From: Gammaproteobacteria bacterium
GTDB taxonomy: Bacteria; Pseudomonadota; Gammaproteobacteria; Arenicellales; UBA868
DNA length: 64,000 nucleotides
Reading direction: 5' to 3'
Assembly (NCBI GenBank): GCA_963580215.1
Contig: CAUZJT010000005.1
Coordinates: forward strand, 4,746 to 68,745
Part shown: positions 63,920 through 64,000 of the stretch, piece after piece
How the letters are laid out: each line of letters begins with the position of its first letter
How positions within the stretch are numbered: position 1 is the first letter of the stretch
Position numbers and translations under genes: made by a program
The notes under the pieces: model-generated
What the model was told of the DNA's origin: nothing
Seen by the model: only the letters and a program-made list of their open reading frames with translations
The model's database searches: none

Positions 63920-64000
63920 TGGTGGAGGCGGCGGGAATCGAACCCGCGTCCGCAAATCCGCCACACACCGGCGACTACATGTTTAGTCTGTCATTGTTTT
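63920..64000 (-). ncRNA. ssrA: tmRNA, 3' portion (continues beyond the window)
   Basis: Minus strand reads ...ACTAAACATGTAG...GGACGCGGGTTCGATTCCCGCCGCCTCCACCA: tRNA-like T-arm and CCA preceded by the tmRNA-typical ACTAAxCATGTAG helix. Confidence 0.92.

Noticed and set aside
63920-64000. Possible tRNA gene
   Set aside because: The T-arm and CCA are present, but the upstream sequence matches the tmRNA ACTAAxCATGTAG helix rather than an anticodon arm; called as ssrA.

Overview
A 64-kb chromosomal window from a moderately GC-rich bacterium, probably a marine gammaproteobacterium (inferred from gene content, not tested). Housekeeping genes include typA, rimO, prfC, ttcA, pdxH, class I fumarase, msrB, a DAHP synthase, glnK, mscS, srkA, an MltD-like LysM transglycosylase and an AsmA-like protein. 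These are interleaved with accessory catabolic and transport genes: a GMC/choline-dehydrogenase-like gene, a PhyH dioxygenase with a Rieske oxygenase, an M20-amidase-MlrC operon, an Fe3+ ABC system with a Fur-like box, a kinase + acyl-CoA dehydrogenase operon resembling a split ACAD10/11 (LvaA/LvaC), tupB/tupA without tupC, an MttB-family methyltransferase and an old-yellow-enzyme flavoprotein. The 3' end of tmRNA (ssrA) lies at the right edge on the minus strand. The main unusual features are: (1) an AT-rich psd + sbmA/bacA block directly behind a truncated native sbmA-like fragment; (2) a putatively secreted caspase-family gene near ssrA, bracketed by two ~126-130 bp diverged direct repeats; (3) five tandem LysM domains that each carry a C-x9-C pair; (4) a near-perfect 216-bp-period in-frame repeat inside the AsmA gene; (5) many gene remnants (methionine gamma-lyase, VOC protein, tdh, SDR, sbmA). 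No CRISPR array, rRNA, tRNA, transposase or intact integrase was seen. All calls come from motif recognition by eye; no database searches were run.
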